Assembly (NCBI GenBank): GCA_963836075.1
Contig: CAWIIB010000009.1
Span: 2,560,001-2,624,000 of the forward strand
DNA from: an uncultured Acidobacteriota bacterium
GTDB taxonomy: Bacteria > Acidobacteriota > JAQAZP01
Reading direction: 5' to 3'
Length of the DNA: 64,000 nt
Shown: one piece after another, positions 40,367-63,968 of the stretch
Numbering within the stretch: position 1 is the first letter of the stretch
How the letters are laid out: each line of letters opens with the position of its first letter
Notes under the pieces: model-generated
The model's database searches: none
What the model was told of the DNA's origin: nothing
The model's input: only the letters and a program-made list of their open reading frames with translations
Made by a program: the position numbers and the translations under genes

Positions 40367-40441
<75 letters not shown>

Positions 40442-40506
40442 CTTTTTTTGAGCAGTACAGGCGTGAAAAGCAGACGCTTTTCTCCACAGGGAGGAGGTAA
40501 GCTCCG

Positions 40507-41700
<1,194 letters not shown>

Positions 41701-41779
41701 CTGTGACGGCCCGGGCGATCGCCGGGCCGCTGGCATAGCGCCGCGGGCCGGCTGCCGGCCCCGGTGAGCGGGTTTTGAG

Positions 41780-41930
41780 ATGAGGGACAACATCATCCTC
41801 GCATGCACCGAGTGCAAGCGGAGAAACTACACCACGACGAAGAACAAGAAGAAGACCACCGGCAAGCTCGCAGTTCAAGAAATACTGCCCTTTTTGCCGG
41901 AAGCACATTCTCCACAAGGAGTCCAAATAA
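41780..41930 (+). CDS. rpmG: 50S ribosomal protein L33, Zn-binding type (absent from the ORF track; +1 frameshift near 41871)
   Basis: [30 protein letters not shown] then [18 protein letters not shown]; canonical position between tuf and tRNA-Trp/secE. Confidence 0.92.
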
Positions 41931-42070
41931 AGGTTTGAGCGGGAGACCCGGGAAGAACGTATAGTCCCGATCATCGAGGGAACTTTGGTATCACCAGCAG
42001 CGTGGTGTCCTCCTGCTGTCAATTGCCACATCCGATTCGGACGGCTCGGCGTTGCCATCGTTCCATGTAC

Positions 42071-42146
42071 AGGCCAGTAGCTCTAATGGTAGAGCACCGG
42101 ACTCCAAATCCGGGGGCTGGGGGTTCGAATCCCTCCTGGCCTGCCA
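42071..42146 (+). tRNA. tRNA-Trp(CCA)
   Basis: AGGCCAG/CTGGCCT, anticodon CCA, CCA end. Confidence 0.95.
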
Positions 42147-42206
42147 CTGCCATGAGGCCAGAACCACCCGACCCGGTCGGGCCAAAACAGAAGGGGAGTT
42201 CGACCA

Positions 42207-42407
42207 GTGTTCGCAAGAGCCCTGCAATTCCTGAGTGAGGTAAAGGCGGAGTTGAAGAAGGTCAGTTGGCCTTCCCGCAAGGAGGTCTACGGGACCACCA
42301 CGGTGGTGATCATCTCGGTCTTCATCTTTGCTGCCTTCTTTTTTGTGGTCGATCAGGGGCTGAACCGTTTCATCCAGTTCATCCTGACCTTCTTCGGGAG
42401 CCAATAA
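42207..42407 (+). CDS. secE: Preprotein translocase SecE
   Basis: [12 protein letters not shown] plus one TM. Confidence 0.95.
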   Translation: MFARALQFLSEVKAELKKVSWPSRKEVYGTTTVVIISVFIFAAFFFVVDQGLNRFIQFILTFFGSQ

Positions 42408-42429
42408 GCGGGAGCGGAAAGGTCGACCC

Positions 42430-42966
42430 ATGGACATGGAAAAGAAGTGGTATGTCATCCACACTTACTCCGGCTTCGAGAAGAAGGTTCAGGAGAGCCT
42501 GCGCCAGCGCGTAGAGGACCTGGAGATGGAGGATGAAATCGACGACGTTCTGGTCCCCACCGAAAACGTGGTGGAGATGAAGAGCGGCAAGAAAGTGGTG
42601 ACGCCGAAGAAGTTTTTCCCGGGGTATGTGCTGGTGCACATGGTGCTCTCCGACGCGGCATGGCACTTGATCAAGAGCACGCCCAAGGTCACCGGCTTCG
42701 TCCGTCTGGGCGCGCACCCCACACCGCTGAGCGATGAGGAGTTCGCCCAGATCACGGAGAAGATGGATGCTTCCAAGGAGAAGCCGAAGCCCAGATTCTC
42801 CTTCGAGGCCGGAGAGACGGTGCGGATTATTGACGGTCCGTTCAGCAACTTCACCGGGGTGGTGGACGAGGTCAACGAGGACAAGAATACGCTCAAGGTG
42901 ATGGTCACCATTTTTGGCCGGGCCACACCAGTGGAGCTGGACTTTTTACAGGTCGAAAAGGTATAG
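42430..42966 (+). CDS. nusG: Transcription factor NusG
   Basis: [31 protein letters not shown]. Confidence 0.97.
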   Translation: MDMEKKWYVIHTYSGFEKKVQESLRQRVEDLEMEDEIDDVLVPTENVVEMKSGKKVVTPKKFFPGYVLVHMVLSDAAWHLIKSTPKVTGFVRLGAHPTPLSDEEFAQITEKMDASKEKPKPRFSFEAGETVRIIDGPFSNFTGVVDEVNEDKNTLKVMVTIFGRATPVELDFLQVEKV

Positions 42967-43024
42967 CGCCGCCGGCAGGAAACAGTCCGGCGGGATGTAA
43001 ACGGGAGTTCACCGAGGTAGTCCA

Positions 43025-43456
43025 ATGGCGAAGAAAATAACCGGGGTCATCAAACTTCAGATCGAGGCCGGCAAGGCCACGCCTGCGCCTCCGGTGGGCC
43101 CGGCGCTGGGTCAGCAGGGCGTGAACATCATGGAGTTCTGCAAGGCATACAACGCCAAGACCCAGGCCCAGGCGGCGGAAGGGCTGATCATCCCGGTGGA
43201 GATCACCGTCTACGCCGACCGGTCGTTCACCTTTATCACCAAGACGCCGCCGGCGGCGGTGCTGCTCAAGCGGGCGGCCAAGATCGCCAAGGGCTCGGGT
43301 GAACCGAACAAGAGCAAGGTAGGATCCGTCACGACTTCTCAGCTGCAGGAGATCGCCAGGCAGAAGATGCCCGATCTCAATGCCGCGAACCTGGATGCCG
43401 CGGTGAAGATCATCGCGGGGACAGCGCGCAGCATGGGGCTGGAGGTCGAAGGCTGA
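43025..43456 (+). CDS. rplK: 50S ribosomal protein L11
   Basis: [13 protein letters not shown]. Confidence 0.98.
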   Translation: MAKKITGVIKLQIEAGKATPAPPVGPALGQQGVNIMEFCKAYNAKTQAQAAEGLIIPVEITVYADRSFTFITKTPPAAVLLKRAAKIAKGSGEPNKSKVGSVTTSQLQEIARQKMPDLNAANLDAAVKIIAGTARSMGLEVEG

Positions 43457-43550
43457 GCACTCCTTATCGTTGTTGCCCCCGCAGGACCGGTGTGGCGGAT
43501 CACGCGGGAGGGGGCGAGAGCGGAAGCGGATGTGGGAAGGAGTTTGGTGT

Positions 43551-44246
43551 ATGGCGCGGAAAACGAAACAGCGTAACGCTGCGCAGGAACATGTGGAGGA
43601 CCGCGAGTACCTGCTGGAGGAGGCGATTTCGCTGCTCCAGAAGTTGAGCTACGTGAAGTTCGACGAGACCGTCGAACTTGCCATGCGGCTCGGCGTCAAC
43701 CCGCGGCACGCCGACCAGATGGTCCGCGGCACGGTGATGCTGCCCCACGGCACCGGCAAGACGGTGCGGGTGGTGGTCATCGCCCAGGGCGACAAGGTCA
43801 CCGAGGCCGAGGCGGCCGGTGCCGATTTCGTCGGGGGCGAGGACCTGGTGGGCAAGATTCAGAAGGGCTGGCTCGACTTCGACGCGGTGATTGCCACCCC
43901 CGACATGATGAAGCACGTGGGGAAGCTGGGCAAGGTTCTCGGGCCGCGGAAGATGATGCCCAACCCCAAAACAGGCACGGTCACTTTCGACGTGGGCGCC
44001 GCGGTCACCGAGACCAAGGGCGGCAAGATCGAGTACCGCGTGGACAAGACCGCGATCATCCACTGCCCGGTGGGCAAGCTCTCCTTCGAGGCTGAGAAGC
44101 TGCAGGAGAACCTCAGCACCGTTATCGGTGCCGTGGTGCGCGCCAAACCGGCATCGGCCAAGGGGAAATACATCATCAGGGTCCACGTCTCCTCCACTAT
44201 GGGGCCGGGTCTGAGTATTTCGTCTGCCTCGTGGGACAAGAAGTGA
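43551..44246 (+). CDS. rplA: 50S ribosomal protein L1
   Basis: [30 protein letters not shown]. Confidence 0.97.
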   Translation: MARKTKQRNAAQEHVEDREYLLEEAISLLQKLSYVKFDETVELAMRLGVNPRHADQMVRGTVMLPHGTGKTVRVVVIAQGDKVTEAEAAGADFVGGEDLVGKIQKGWLDFDAVIATPDMMKHVGKLGKVLGPRKMMPNPKTGTVTFDVGAAVTETKGGKIEYRVDKTAIIHCPVGKLSFEAEKLQENLSTVIGAVVRAKPASAKGKYIIRVHVSSTMGPGLSISSASWDKK

Positions 44247-44262
44247 CGGAGGCCTCTGGGAA

Positions 44263-44784
44263 ATGAAAAGCAAGGAAGAAAAGAGAAAGCTGGTCGAGGA
44301 GCTGAAGGACGAACTGGCCTGGGCCAAGTCGGCCTACCTTTTCGACTTCCGCGGTGTCCAGGTCGGGCCGGTGAACCAGCTTCGCCGGAAAATCGAGGCC
44401 AGCAGCTGCCGCTACCGGGTGGAGAAGAACACCCTCATCGGCTACGCGGTGGAAGGCACCGATATGGAGTCGCTGGGTCAGGACCTCGCCGGCATGACCG
44501 CCATCGCCTATTCCGGCGACGACCCGGTGGAACTGGCCAAGGTGCTGACCACCTTCGCCAAGGAGAACCCCACCTTCACCTTCAAAACCGGAATGGTGGA
44601 GGGGCGGGTGATCACCGGTGACCAGCTGAAGGAGATCGCCTCCATGCCTGGTCGGGAAGAACTGCTGTCCAAGCTGGTCTTCCTGCTGCAGTCGCCCGTC
44701 AGGGGGCTGGTCACCGTGCTCTCCGGCACCGCCCGGAACCTGGTGACCGTGCTGGGCCAGATCGCGGAGCGGAAGGAACAATAG
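44263..44784 (+). CDS. rplJ: 50S ribosomal protein L10
   Basis: [18 protein letters not shown]; gene order. Confidence 0.95.
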   Translation: MKSKEEKRKLVEELKDELAWAKSAYLFDFRGVQVGPVNQLRRKIEASSCRYRVEKNTLIGYAVEGTDMESLGQDLAGMTAIAYSGDDPVELAKVLTTFAKENPTFTFKTGMVEGRVITGDQLKEIASMPGREELLSKLVFLLQSPVRGLVTVLSGTARNLVTVLGQIAERKEQ

Positions 44785-44901
44785 CTCGGCCGCGGGGAAC
44801 CCCGCGGTGCATGGTTTAGGGCGGGCGCGGGAGCAACCGCCACCCGTAATAAAAGATCTGATTTGTGGCGTGCCACAGAACGTGCAGAGGGAGATCGACA
44901 A

Positions 44902-45285
44902 ATGGCTGAACTCACCAACGAAGACCTGATCAAGCACATCGAGGAGATGAACGTGCTCCAGCTCAACGAGCTGGTCAAGGAGCTGGAGGAAAAATTCGGT
45001 GTCAGCGCCGCCATGGCTGCTCCGGTGGCAGTGGCTGCCGGTGGACCGGCCGCAGCCGAAGCTGCTGAGGAGCAGACCGAGTTCGACGTGATCCTCACCG
45101 CCATCGGTCCGAAGAAGATCAATGTGATCAAGGTGGTCCGCGAGGTCACCAGTCTCGGCCTGAAGGAAGCCAAGGAAGTGGTGGACAGCGCGCCCAAGGC
45201 GGTCAAGGAAGCCATCTCCAAGGACGAGGCCGAAACGGTCAAGGGCAAGCTGGAAGAAGTTGGAGCTACCGTCGAGATCAAGTAG
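44902..45285 (+). CDS. rplL: 50S ribosomal protein L7/L12
   Basis: [24 protein letters not shown]. Confidence 0.97.
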   Translation: MAELTNEDLIKHIEEMNVLQLNELVKELEEKFGVSAAMAAPVAVAAGGPAAAEAAEEQTEFDVILTAIGPKKINVIKVVREVTSLGLKEAKEVVDSAPKAVKEAISKDEAETVKGKLEEVGATVEIK

Positions 45286-45540
45286 TCGACGGTCAGCACT
45301 GATCTGGCTGTCGCTGCCTGGCCAACCGTCGGCGAGTTGAACGCGTCGCCGGGGAGAGGGGGCCGCAGACCTTCGAACCGTTTACAGTCAGACCGTGCCC
45401 TGCCGGCAGGCAGCGGGACCGCCGGGGCGGGTCCCGGGAGACCTCTACGGTTTCCCCGGTGAGCCCCGGACCTTTCCGTCGCCGGCTTCCGTGGCATGGC
45501 GCGGTGGACTAAATTCTTGATCAGGAGACCAGGAGTGCAC

Positions 45541-49843
<4,303 letters not shown>

Positions 49844-49915
49844 CGCGGGGCCCGGACCGCGTTCATGCCGGCCGCCGCGGCCGGCTCTATTCAGGGATCC
49901 GAAGGGAGGATTATC

Positions 49916-54145
<4,230 letters not shown>

Positions 54146-54252
54146 CGGGAAGGGACGATTCCCGGCCGCCACCGGGTGGCGGGCCGGGGGTGACCACGCG
54201 GAACTTGAAGAAAATTCGTATTTTACGAGTTTTGCAGACACTACGGATTTGC

Positions 54253-54281
54253 TTGACTTCCCGGTTGTCCTCTGCTAGAAT
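54253..54281 (+). promoter_or_regulatory. sigma70 promoter of the str operon
   Basis: TTGACT-N17-TAGAAT with TG extension. Confidence 0.7.
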
Positions 54282-54368
54282 CCGCAGGTTTTTTTCTATA
54301 AATGAACTGGAGTGGTCAGACCCTGCGGGGCTGGTCAAAATGCTTGACTCCAGAGGAAGAATGTAACG

Positions 54369-54743
54369 ATGCCGACTATTCATCAACTTGTTCGAAAAGG
54401 CAGGAAGACAAAATCTTCCAAGACGGACAGTCCGGCCCTGCAAGGGTCGCCGCAGAAGCGTGGTGTTTGTGTCCGGGTCTATACCTCGACCCCCAAGAAG
54501 CCGAACTCGGCCCTCCGCAAGGTGGCCCGGGTGAGGTTGACCAACAGGATCGAGGTCACTACCTATATCCCGGGCATCGGACATACCCTCCAGGAACACT
54601 CCATCGTCCTCATTCGGGGCGGTAGGGTGAAAGATCTTCCCGGCGTGCGCTACCACGTGATCCGCGGCACCCTCGACTCGGTCGGAGTGGCTGATCGGCG
54701 ACAGAGCCGGTCGAAGTACGGGGCGAAGCGGCCCAAGTCCTGA
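54369..54743 (+). CDS. rpsL: 30S ribosomal protein S12
   Basis: [20 protein letters not shown]. Confidence 0.98.
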   Translation: MPTIHQLVRKGRKTKSSKTDSPALQGSPQKRGVCVRVYTSTPKKPNSALRKVARVRLTNRIEVTTYIPGIGHTLQEHSIVLIRGGRVKDLPGVRYHVIRGTLDSVGVADRRQSRSKYGAKRPKS

Positions 54744-54893
54744 TCTTCCTCCTTTCACAACCAAGTTGCTATCGGACAAGGGAATAGGTGCCGGCAGCCA
54801 TGGTGTTGCCGTTGACGTCGGCGGGGAAAACAGACCGCCGGCGGTTCCCGGGTGGCGGGGAACTCGAGTTTTTCATTGGGGAGTGTGTAGCCG

Positions 54894-55364
54894 ATGCCCA
54901 GAAGACGGGAAGTGCCGAAACGAGAGATCATACCCGATCCTCTCTACCAGAGCACGCTGGTGACCAAGTTCATCAACTGCATCATGCGTGACGGGAAAAA
55001 GAGCGTGGCCCAGAGTATTTTCTACGGCGCGCTGGACATCATCCGGGAACGGACCAAGGATGATCCGCTGAAAATTTTCAAGAAGGCGGTGGAGAACATC
55101 AAGCCCGCTCTCGAGGTGAAATCCCGCCGGGTGGGCGGTTCCACCTACCAGGTGCCCATCGAGGTTCGGCCGGCCAGGCGTCTCTCTTTGGCCCTGCGCT
55201 GGTTGATCAACTTTGCCAAGGCCCGGCCCGAGAAAACGATGCACGAACGGCTGGCCGGCGAGTTCCTCGACGCGGCGAACAACCGCGGCGCGGCGATCAA
55301 GAAGAAGGAAGACACGCACCGCATGGCGGAGGCCAACAAGGCTTTTGCCCATTACCGCTGGTAG
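54894..55364 (+). CDS. rpsG: 30S ribosomal protein S7
   Basis: [24 protein letters not shown]. Confidence 0.98.
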   Translation: MPRRREVPKREIIPDPLYQSTLVTKFINCIMRDGKKSVAQSIFYGALDIIRERTKDDPLKIFKKAVENIKPALEVKSRRVGGSTYQVPIEVRPARRLSLALRWLINFAKARPEKTMHERLAGEFLDAANNRGAAIKKKEDTHRMAEANKAFAHYRW

Positions 55365-55445
55365 TCACCGGCGGCATTCGACTGACCTGGATATCTGGGA
55401 AAGGCGACAGGGAGGCCCGGGACATCGTTGCCCGGGAATTGGACA

Positions 55446-57524
55446 GTGGCGAGAAAAGTCCCGCTGGAAAAAAACCGTAACATCGGTATCATGGCGCATA
55501 TCGATGCGGGTAAAACCACGACCACGGAACGGATTCTGTTCTACACCGGCAGAACCCACCGCCTGGGAGAGGTCCATGACGGCACCGCCACCATGGACTG
55601 GATGGACCAGGAGCAGGAACGTGGAATCACCATCACCTCCGCCGCCACCACCTGCAGCTGGAAAGATCACCGTATAAATATTATCGACACCCCGGGCCAC
55701 GTGGACTTCACTGCCGAGGTGGAGCGCAGCCTGCGGGTCCTTGACGGGGCCATTGTGGTCTTCTGCGCCGTGGGCGGTGTGGAGCCCCAGTCGGAGACGG
55801 TCTGGCGCCAGGCAGACAACTACAAGGTTCCCCGCCTGGCCTTCATCAACAAGATGGACCGCCAGGGCGCCGACTTCAACGGTTGTCTGCAGCAGATGCG
55901 CGACCGCCTGCATGCCAACCCCCTGCCGATCCAGATCCCCTGGGGCAGCGAGGACAATTTCCAGGGCGTCATCGACCTGATCCGGATGAAAGCCGTGGTC
56001 TGGGAGATGGAGAGCCAGGGGATGAACTACAAGCTGATCCCCATCCCCGAGGAGATGCAGGAAGAGGTCGATACGGCCCGTCTGGCCATGGTGGAGCAGA
56101 TCTGCGATCACGACGACGGCCTGATGGAGGACTACCTCCAGGGCCACGAGCTGAGCGAGGAACGGCTGGTGGCCGCGGTGCGCAAGGCGGTGATCAGCCT
56201 CGACGTCATCGCCACCTTCTGCGGGTCGGCATTCCACAACAAGGGCATCCAGCGGCTGCTGGACGGGGTGATCGATTTTCTCCCCTCCCCGCTGGACGTG
56301 GTGCCGATGAGCGGCATCGATCCCGATTCGGGAAAGACGGTGACCCGTCCCGCCGAGGACGAGGGGCCGTTGTCCGGACTGGTCTTCAAGATCATGACCG
56401 ACCCCTTCGTCGGGCAACTGGCCTTTATCCGGCTCTACTCCGGCCGCCTGGCCACCGGAACCAAGGTCTTCCTGCCGAGCATCAACCGCACCGAGCGGAT
56501 CGGCCGCCTGCTGAAGATCCACGCCAGCAAGCGGGAAGAGGTGGACGAGGTTTACGCCGGCGACATCGCCGCGGTGGTGGGCCTGAAGACGGTGGGCACC
56601 GGCGAAACAATCTGCGATGTGAAGCAGCCGGTGGTACTGGAGACCATGGATTTCCCCGAACCGGTGCTCTCGGTGGCCATCGAGCCGAAGACCAAGGCCG
56701 ACGAGGAGAAGCTGGGAATGGTGCTGGGCAAGCTGGTCCAGGAGGATCCCACATTCCGGGTCAACCTGGACAAGGAGACCGGGCAGACGATCATCTCCGG
56801 CATGGGCGAGCTGCACCTCGACGTGCTGGTGCAGCGCATCGTGCGCGACTTCAAGATCGAGGCCAGCGTGGGCCGCCCCCAGGTGGCCTACCGCGAAACC
56901 ATCACCCGGCTCTGCGAAGGCGAGACAAGGTTTGTCCGGCAGACCGGCGGCCGCGGCCAGTACGGCCACGTCAAGCTGACCCTCGAGCCCGGGGAAAAGG
57001 CAGCCGGCTACCAGTTCGAGAGCAAGATTCACGGCGGGGCCATCCCCCGTGAATACATCCCTGCCGTGGAGAAGGGCATCAAGGAGTCGCTGCAGCGCGG
57101 CTTCCTCGCCGGCTACGAGCTGGTGGATATCAAGGCCACCCTGCTGGACGGTTCGTTCCACGAGGTGGACTCCTCGGAAATGGCCTTCAAGATTGCCGGC
57201 TCCATGGCCGCCCGCGACGCGGTGGGCCGTGGTGAGCCGGTGCTTCTCGAGCCGCAGATGAAAGTGGAAGTCACCGTACCCGAGGCCTTCATGGGGGACG
57301 TGATGGGTGACCTGAACAGCCGCCGGGGACGGATCGGAGAACTGGGCACCAGGCGCAACCTGCAGGTCATCTCGGCGGTGGTGCCGCTGGCCGAAATGTT
57401 CGGGTATGCCACCGACCTGCGGTCGATGACCCAGGGCCGGGCGGATTACACAATGGAGTTCAAGCAGTACGGAGAGGTTCCCAAGAAAGTCAGGGACGAT
57501 ATTCTCGCCAAGACTGTGGGCTAG
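55446..57524 (+). CDS. fusA: Elongation factor G
   Basis: [26 protein letters not shown]. Confidence 0.97.
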   Translation: MARKVPLEKNRNIGIMAHIDAGKTTTTERILFYTGRTHRLGEVHDGTATMDWMDQEQERGITITSAATTCSWKDHRINIIDTPGHVDFTAEVERSLRVLDGAIVVFCAVGGVEPQSETVWRQADNYKVPRLAFINKMDRQGADFNGCLQQMRDRLHANPLPIQIPWGSEDNFQGVIDLIRMKAVVWEMESQGMNYKLIPIPEEMQEEVDTARLAMVEQICDHDDGLMEDYLQGHELSEERLVAAVRKAVISLDVIATFCGSAFHNKGIQRLLDGVIDFLPSPLDVVPMSGIDPDSGKTVTRPAEDEGPLSGLVFKIMTDPFVGQLAFIRLYSGRLATGTKVFLPSINRTERIGRLLKIHASKREEVDEVYAGDIAAVVGLKTVGTGETICDVKQPVVLETMDFPEPVLSVAIEPKTKADEEKLGMVLGKLVQEDPTFRVNLDKETGQTIISGMGELHLDVLVQRIVRDFKIEASVGRPQVAYRETITRLCEGETRFVRQTGGRGQYGHVKLTLEPGEKAAGYQFESKIHGGAIPREYIPAVEKGIKESLQRGFLAGYELVDIKATLLDGSFHEVDSSEMAFKIAGSMAARDAVGRGEPVLLEPQMKVEVTVPEAFMGDVMGDLNSRRGRIGELGTRRNLQVISAVVPLAEMFGYATDLRSMTQGRADYTMEFKQYGEVPKKVRDDILAKTVG

Positions 57525-57587
57525 TTTAATTTATCTATCGTCACCGGTACGGATGGCGGAAAACGGGACGGGAAAAGGAGAGCTCCG

Positions 57588-58781
<1,194 letters not shown>

Positions 58782-58836
58782 CTGTGACGGCCCCTGGCCC
58801 GCTCCAGGGCGCGGCGGGCCGGAGGATTGGAAGGCG

Positions 58837-59148
58837 ATGAACGAACGGATTCGAATCAGGCTCAAGGCTTACGATTACCGGGTGCTGGACCGCTCCACCG
58901 GCGAGATCGTTGAGACCGCCCGGCGCACCGGCGCGCGGGTGGCCGGACCGATCCCGCTGCCCACCAGCATCAACCGCTACTGCGTGCTCCGCTCGCCCCA
59001 CGTGGACAAGAAGTCCCGGGAGCAGTTCGAGATTCGCACGCACAAACGGCTGATGGACTTGCTGGAGCCGACACCGGACACGGTGGAGGCCTTGATGAAG
59101 CTCGACCTCCCGGCCGGTGTGGACGTGGAGATCAAGGCGCTGAAGTAG
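58837..59148 (+). CDS. rpsJ: 30S ribosomal protein S10
   Basis: [23 protein letters not shown]. Confidence 0.98.
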   Translation: MNERIRIRLKAYDYRVLDRSTGEIVETARRTGARVAGPIPLPTSINRYCVLRSPHVDKKSREQFEIRTHKRLMDLLEPTPDTVEALMKLDLPAGVDVEIKALK

Positions 59149-59261
59149 CCGCGGGGCGAACGGCGCGTTTCCCGGTAGCAGGTACCGGCCCCGGACCGCG
59201 GTCAACCGCCGCCCGGGGACGGCATGATGCCCGGCTGGAGTTTAAGGCAGGAACACGAGAG

Positions 59262-59927
59262 ATGGTCAGCGGAATCATCGGAAAAAAGATCGGCATGACC
59301 CAACTCTTTGACGAGAGCGGCGTGGTCACGCCGGCCACGGTGCTCGAAGTGGGGCCCTGCGTGGTGCTGCAGAAACGCACCATGGAGCGGGATGGCTACT
59401 GCGCCGTCCAACTGGGCCTGGTGGAGCACCTCAACTGGAAGAAGATCAACAAGCCCCTGGAAGGCCACATCAAGCGGGCCGCTGCCGAAGCCGACCCGGA
59501 GGGTGGAAAACAGCTGCCGCCGATGAAATTCCTGCGGGAATTCCCCCTCGACGAGGGGGGTGACGAGGTGGCGGTGGGTGACCAGGTGCTGGTGAACATC
59601 TTCAAGGCTGAAGACTATGTCACCATCATCGGCAAGAGCAAGGGCGCCGGGTTCGCCGGCGTGATCAAGCGCCACGGTTTTGGCGGCGGCCGGGCGACCC
59701 ACGGGTCGATGTTCCATCGGGCCCCCGGTTCCATCGGCTGTTCAGCCTATCCGGCCCGGGTGTTCAAGGGGCGGAAAATGCCCGGGCAGCTGGGTGCCAA
59801 GCGGGTGACCGTGAAGAATCTGAAAGTGGTTAAGGTTGACGAGGAGAAGAACCTACTCGTAGTGAAGGGTGCCGTTCCGGGCGCAAAGGGCGGTTACCTG
59901 CTGATCAGCAAATCGGTTGGCAAGTGA
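59262..59927 (+). CDS. rplC: 50S ribosomal protein L3
   Basis: [23 protein letters not shown]. Confidence 0.97.
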   Translation: MVSGIIGKKIGMTQLFDESGVVTPATVLEVGPCVVLQKRTMERDGYCAVQLGLVEHLNWKKINKPLEGHIKRAAAEADPEGGKQLPPMKFLREFPLDEGGDEVAVGDQVLVNIFKAEDYVTIIGKSKGAGFAGVIKRHGFGGGRATHGSMFHRAPGSIGCSAYPARVFKGRKMPGQLGAKRVTVKNLKVVKVDEEKNLLVVKGAVPGAKGGYLLISKSVGK

Positions 59928-59971
59928 CCATGACCTCCGGTTCACACTCTCGCGGGGAGGGGAGTAAGGCA

Positions 59972-60598
59972 ATGCCGAATGTCGAAGTGAAAAACCTGAA
60001 GAACGAGGTGGTGGAGCAGATCACACTGCCTGATGCGGTCTTTGGCGCGGAAGTGAACGAAAATGCACTCTTCGCCGCGGTCCGGCACTACCTGGCCTGC
60101 GGGCGCGGCGGAAACGCCTCGACCAAGAATCGTGTTGACGTTCGCGGCGGCGGAAAGAAGCCGTGGCGGCAGAAGGGCACCGGCCGCGCCCGGGCCGGAA
60201 CCGTGCGCAGCCCGCTGTGGCGTGGCGGCGGAACGGTCCACGGTCCGAAACCGCGGAGCTACTCCTACAAGCTGCCCAAGAAAGTCCGCTGGCTGGCCAT
60301 CCGATCAGCGCTGTCGCAGAAGCTGGCCGAGGACAAGATCACCGTGGTGCAGGACTTCGAACTGCCGACCTTCAAGACCAAGGGCCTGGTGGATATCCTC
60401 CAGGGCCTGGGCGTGGACCGCAAGGCGCTGCTGGTGGACGCGGAAGGTAACCACAACCTCAGCCTGGCCTCGCGGAACATCCCTGGGGTCAAGCAGGTCC
60501 GTCCACTGGCGGTGAACGTCTACGACGTGCTGAAACACGATCGCCTGATTCTCTCCAGGCAGGCCGCGGCCGAAATCGGGGAGGTCTACGGGCGATGA
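59972..60598 (+). CDS. rplD: 50S ribosomal protein L4
   Basis: KPWRQKGTGRARAG. Confidence 0.97.
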   Translation: MPNVEVKNLKNEVVEQITLPDAVFGAEVNENALFAAVRHYLACGRGGNASTKNRVDVRGGGKKPWRQKGTGRARAGTVRSPLWRGGGTVHGPKPRSYSYKLPKKVRWLAIRSALSQKLAEDKITVVQDFELPTFKTKGLVDILQGLGVDRKALLVDAEGNHNLSLASRNIPGVKQVRPLAVNVYDVLKHDRLILSRQAAAEIGEVYGR

Positions 60599-60888
60599 GA
60601 TCATCGAGAGAGGTAATTCGCAGGCCGGTGATCACCGAGAAGAGCACCATTGTCAAGGACAACCATGGCATCCTCTGTTTCGAGGTGGCGTCGGACGCTA
60701 ACAAGATCGAGGTCAAGCGGGCGATCCAGGAGATTTTTGGTGTGCGGGTGGAATCGGTGAAGATGGCCAATATCCTGGGCAAGGTCAAGCGGGTGGGGCG
60801 CAACGTCGGCGCCCGGGCCAGCTGGAAAAAAGCCTACGTCAAACTGGCCGAAGGGGAGAAGACCATCGAGTATTTCGAGGGTGCCTGA
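60595..60888 (+). CDS. rplW: 50S ribosomal protein L23
   Basis: PVITEKS, ANKIEVK, WKKAYVKL. Confidence 0.97.
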   Translation: MRSSREVIRRPVITEKSTIVKDNHGILCFEVASDANKIEVKRAIQEIFGVRVESVKMANILGKVKRVGRNVGARASWKKAYVKLAEGEKTIEYFEGA

Positions 60889-60955
60889 CCGCTGGTCCGG
60901 CTCCCGGCCGCTCTGCTGAGCGGCGGCATACTCCCGGCGACTTGGAGAGATTAAG

Positions 60956-61780
60956 ATGGCGATCAAGAAATACAAACCGACTTCTCCCGGCAGGCGGTTC
61001 CAGACGGTGTCCACCTTCGACGACATCACTGCCAGCAGGCCAAACAAGAGCCTGCTGGACAAGAAGGTGCGCAGTGGAGGCCGCAACAACTACGGCCGGA
61101 TCGCGATGCGCCGCCGCGGCGGGGGACACAAGAAGCGTTACCGGATCATTGATTTCCGCCGCAACAAGTTTGATGTGCCGGCCCGGGTGGCGACCATCGA
61201 GTACGACCCGAACCGTTCGGCCAACATCGCCCTGCTGCACTACGCCGACGGTGAGAAGCGCTATATCCTGGCGCCGCTGGGCCTCAAGGTGGGTGACAGC
61301 GTGGTGAGCAGCGAGCGGGCGGACATCACCGCCGGGAACACGCTGCCCCTGCACGCCATTCCGCTGGGCACCCAGGTGCACAACATCGAGCTGCACATCG
61401 GCGGCGGCGGCCAGATGGTTCGCGCAGCCGGCTGCTCGGCCCAGGTGATGGCCAAGGAAGGGACCTACGCCCAGATCCGGATGCCTTCCGGCGAAGTGCG
61501 CAAAGTGCACATGAAGTGCATGGCCACCATCGGCCAGGTGGGCAACATCGACCAGGAAAAAGTCTCCCTGGGCAAGGCCGGGCGCAAGCGCTGGCTCGGA
61601 CGGCGGCCCAAGGTTCGTGGTGTGGCGATGAACCCGGTGGATCACCCCCACGGCGGCGGCGAGGGCCGGACTTCCGGCGGCCGCCACCCGGTGACCCCAT
61701 GGGGCAAGCCGACCAAGGGATACAAGACGCGGAAGAAGAGAAAAGACTCGAGCAAATATATTGTCAAGCGGCGTAAGTAA
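60956..61780 (+). CDS. rplB: 50S ribosomal protein L2
   Basis: [25 protein letters not shown]. Confidence 0.98.
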   Translation: MAIKKYKPTSPGRRFQTVSTFDDITASRPNKSLLDKKVRSGGRNNYGRIAMRRRGGGHKKRYRIIDFRRNKFDVPARVATIEYDPNRSANIALLHYADGEKRYILAPLGLKVGDSVVSSERADITAGNTLPLHAIPLGTQVHNIELHIGGGGQMVRAAGCSAQVMAKEGTYAQIRMPSGEVRKVHMKCMATIGQVGNIDQEKVSLGKAGRKRWLGRRPKVRGVAMNPVDHPHGGGEGRTSGGRHPVTPWGKPTKGYKTRKKRKDSSKYIVKRRK

Positions 61781-61798
61781 CGCCGGAGGAAGGGAACC

Positions 61799-62089
61799 AT
61801 GTCCAGGTCGCTGAAAAAAGGACCCTACGTGGAAGCCTCGCTGGAGAAGGCTGTCGACCGGATGAACGCCCGGTCGGAGCATCGGGTCATCAAGACCTAT
61901 TCACGGCGCTCCACCGTCACTCCCGAGATGGTGGGCCACACGTTCGCGGTGCACAACGGCAAGAAATTTATTCCTGTCTTCATCACCGAGAACATGGTGG
62001 GGCACAAGGTCGGGGAATTCTCCCCTACGCGAACCTTCCGCGGTCACATCGACCGGAAGTCGGACAGGGCCGCCAGGATGAGGAAGTAG
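61799..62089 (+). CDS. rpsS: 30S ribosomal protein S19
   Basis: RSLKKGP, VHNGKKF, GEFSPTR. Confidence 0.98.
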   Translation: MSRSLKKGPYVEASLEKAVDRMNARSEHRVIKTYSRRSTVTPEMVGHTFAVHNGKKFIPVFITENMVGHKVGEFSPTRTFRGHIDRKSDRAARMRK

Positions 62090-62185
62090 CCGCCGCGAGC
62101 GGGTTCCGCCGGGAACCAGGCAGCGGGGTGGCGCAGGGAGCGCGGCCGGCTGGCGGGCACCGGGGAATGACACGGAGACGTGCAG

Positions 62186-62536
62186 ATGATAGCCAAAGCG
62201 TCGATTAGATACAGGAGAGGGTCGGCCCAGAAGGCGCGCCTGGTGGCCGACTTGATTCGCGGGAAAAGGGTGGAGGAGGCGCTCTCCATCCTGCAGTTCT
62301 CCCGCAAATTCGCTGCCCGGGATCTGGCCAAGCTGCTCAACTCGGCGGTGGCCAATGCTGAACAGAATCCAGAGTTGCGTGACGTGGACAACCTGTTTAT
62401 CAGCCGGATCACTGTGGACGAGGGCCCGATGATGAAAAGGATCCAGCCGCGGGCCATGGGGCGCGCCTTCCGGATCCTCAAGCGGTCGAGCCATATCTGC
62501 CTTCAGCTGGAGGAGAAGCGGGAGACCGGCGCCTGA
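62186..62536 (+). CDS. rplV: 50S ribosomal protein L22
   Basis: [25 protein letters not shown]. Confidence 0.97.
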   Translation: MIAKASIRYRRGSAQKARLVADLIRGKRVEEALSILQFSRKFAARDLAKLLNSAVANAEQNPELRDVDNLFISRITVDEGPMMKRIQPRAMGRAFRILKRSSHICLQLEEKRETGA

Positions 62537-62599
62537 CCGGCAGCGCCCGGCAGGAGCAGCGGGGTTTCCCGCGTCATTGGATAGAACGGAGGTGATACC

Positions 62600-63262
62600 T
62601 TGGGTCAGAAAGTTCATCCATTCGGGTTTCGGCTCGGATACAACAAGACCTGGCACTCGCGGTGGTACGCCAAGAAAGGTTTTGGGGCCACCCTTCTGGA
62701 GGACGTCCGCCTCCGCCGGGAGCTGAAGAAAAAGCTCTACCACGCCGGTGTGAGCAACGTGGACATCGAGCGGGCAGCGAACAAGCTGAAGATCAACATC
62801 CTCTCGGCCAGGCCCGGTATCATCATCGGCCGCAAGGGGACCGAAATCGACCGGCTGAAGGCCCAGATCAAGCGCCAGACCGGCAAGGATGTCTACATCA
62901 ACATCCTCGAGATCACCCGTCCGGAGCTTGACGCCCAGCTGGTCAGCGAGCATATCGCCCTGCAGCTGGAAAAGCGGATCGCCTTCCGCAAGGCGATGCG
63001 CAAATCGGTGGAATCGGCCCTGCGCTTCGGCGCCAAGGGGATCAAGATCCGCTGTGCCGGCCGGCTGAACGGGGCGGAAATCGCCCGGGCCGAATGGTAT
63101 CTCGAAGGCCAGCTGCCGCTGCACACCCTGCGGGCGGACATCGATTACGGGGTGGCCGAGTCCAAGACCACCTTCGGCCAGATCGGGGTCAAGGTCTGGA
63201 TCTATCGCGGAGAGAAATTGCCCGGGCAGCCGGCGGCGGTCAAGCGTCCGCCCAGAAGCTGA
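62600..63262 (+). CDS. rpsC: 30S ribosomal protein S3
   Basis: [33 protein letters not shown]. Confidence 0.98.
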   Translation: MGQKVHPFGFRLGYNKTWHSRWYAKKGFGATLLEDVRLRRELKKKLYHAGVSNVDIERAANKLKINILSARPGIIIGRKGTEIDRLKAQIKRQTGKDVYINILEITRPELDAQLVSEHIALQLEKRIAFRKAMRKSVESALRFGAKGIKIRCAGRLNGAEIARAEWYLEGQLPLHTLRADIDYGVAESKTTFGQIGVKVWIYRGEKLPGQPAAVKRPPRS

Positions 63263-63329
63263 GTCGGGGTTGTTGTTCGGCGCCGCCGGCCACAGGCCGC
63301 CGGCCCTCATCGGATCGAGTTGAATCGTT

Positions 63330-63746
63330 ATGCTGATACCAAAAAAGGTCAAGCACAGAAAAGTGCAGCGGGGCAGGCGCAAGGGCAAGGCCTGGCGCGG
63401 CTCGAGTATCGAGTTCGGGCAATTCGGGCTCAAGGCGCTTGAGGCCGGCTGGATCACCAACCGTCAGATCGAGGCGGCCCGTATCGCCATCACCCGTCAC
63501 ATGAAGCGCGGGGGCAAACTCTGGATTCGTGTGTTCCCCGACAAGCCCATCTCCAAGAAACCCCTGGAGACCAGAATGGGCAAGGGCAAGGGGCCGCCAG
63601 AGGCGTGGGTTGCCGTGGTGCGGCCCGGGAAAGTCCTCTATGAACTGGCGGGCGTTCCGGAAGACGTGGCCAAGCGGGCCGTGGTGCTGGCCGGGGCCAA
63701 ATTGCCGATCAAGGTCAGGTTCGTTTCACGGACCGACATGCCGTAA
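63330..63746 (+). CDS. rplP: 50S ribosomal protein L16
   Basis: [15 protein letters not shown]. Confidence 0.98.
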   Translation: MLIPKKVKHRKVQRGRRKGKAWRGSSIEFGQFGLKALEAGWITNRQIEAARIAITRHMKRGGKLWIRVFPDKPISKKPLETRMGKGKGPPEAWVAVVRPGKVLYELAGVPEDVAKRAVVLAGAKLPIKVRFVSRTDMP

Positions 63747-63761
63747 GCCGAGGAGGATCCG

Positions 63762-63968
63762 ATGAAGGCGGACAAGCTCAGGGATTTGAGCCCCGACGAG
63801 CTGGCGGCAAAGGAGAAGGAGCTTCAGGAAGCCGTGTTCAAGCTCCGTTTCCAGCTGGCCACCGGGCAGATTGATGACCCTGTCAAGATAAGACACGTGC
63901 GGAAGGATCTGGCCCGGGTGAAGACCATTCGACACGAAAGGGCCGGAAGCAAGGTCAAGAATGGATAA
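63762..63968 (+). CDS. rpmC: 50S ribosomal protein L29
   Basis: FKLRFQLATGQ, RKDLARVKT. Confidence 0.96.
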   Translation: MKADKLRDLSPDELAAKEKELQEAVFKLRFQLATGQIDDPVKIRHVRKDLARVKTIRHERAGSKVKNG

